Source of the DNA: Candidatus Woesearchaeota archaeon
Lineage (GTDB): Archaea > Nanobdellota > Nanobdellia > Woesearchaeales > ARS49
Direction: 5' to 3'
Length of the DNA stretch: 64,000 bases
NCBI GenBank assembly: GCA_016203305.1
Contig: JACQMY010000020.1
Coordinates: 8,003 to 72,002 of the forward strand
Shown here: piece after piece, positions 63,941-64,000 of the stretch
Layout: each line of letters opens with the position of its first letter
Position numbering within the stretch: position 1 is the stretch's first letter
The notes under the pieces: generated by a model
What the model was told of the DNA's origin: nothing
Database searches by the model: none
Seen by the model: the letters and a program-made list of their open reading frames with translations, nothing else
Translations under genes and position numbers: made by a program

Positions 63941-64000
63941 AACACCACTATACCTTCTCTGCTCAAAAGGAATAAGCTCAAACTGATCAGTACTATTAGA

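Noticed and set aside
1-64000. CRISPR arrays, cas genes, integrases, transposases, reverse transcriptases (DGR)
   Set aside because: I looked for regularly spaced 25-40-nt direct repeats and for the corresponding protein motifs and found none. The only phased direct repeats are the heptamer tracts and the three 12-nt repeats at 60148-60200.

Overview
The window reads as a low-GC (roughly 40-45%) archaeal chromosome segment, probably from a DPANN-type archaeon; this is inference from gene content. The support is a group II chaperonin (thermosome), an archaeal-type GluRS with its N-terminal extension, archaeal CMP kinase, a RibL-type FAD synthase, FtsZ, three or four tRNAs with no encoded CCA (one apparently intron-containing), and leader-proximal SD sequences. 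Mixed in are many bacterial-looking envelope genes: Lgt plus four lipobox lipoproteins, a PlsC-type acyltransferase, a CcdA/DsbD thiol-disulfide transporter, and numerous secreted Cys-rich or thioredoxin-fold proteins. Housekeeping genes present are purM, gltX, cmk, xth, nth, copA, NDH-2, an aminotransferase, a DEAD-box helicase and ACD alpha. There are at least five toxin-antitoxin-like pairs (PIN/AbrB, DUF433/DUF5615, DUF2283/DUF4258, HicAB, HEPN/MNT) and two clearly GC-rich, probably acquired segments. The most unusual thing I can see directly is a family of at least 11 degenerate heptameric tandem-repeat tracts, (NNNNAGG)n usually followed by (TTGGCTN)n. They are always in the same genomic orientation, lie in intergenic spacers (mostly just 3' of + strand genes), once lie inside a CDS where they encode a linker, and twice carry a conserved module that gives two adjacent proteins the identical C-terminus PSMVGGC. 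Second is a conserved ~55-nt structured 5' leader (UUCG hairpin plus an SD-sequestering hairpin) duplicated upstream of two unrelated small secreted-protein genes 13 kb apart. I found no CRISPR array, integrase, transposase or reverse transcriptase.
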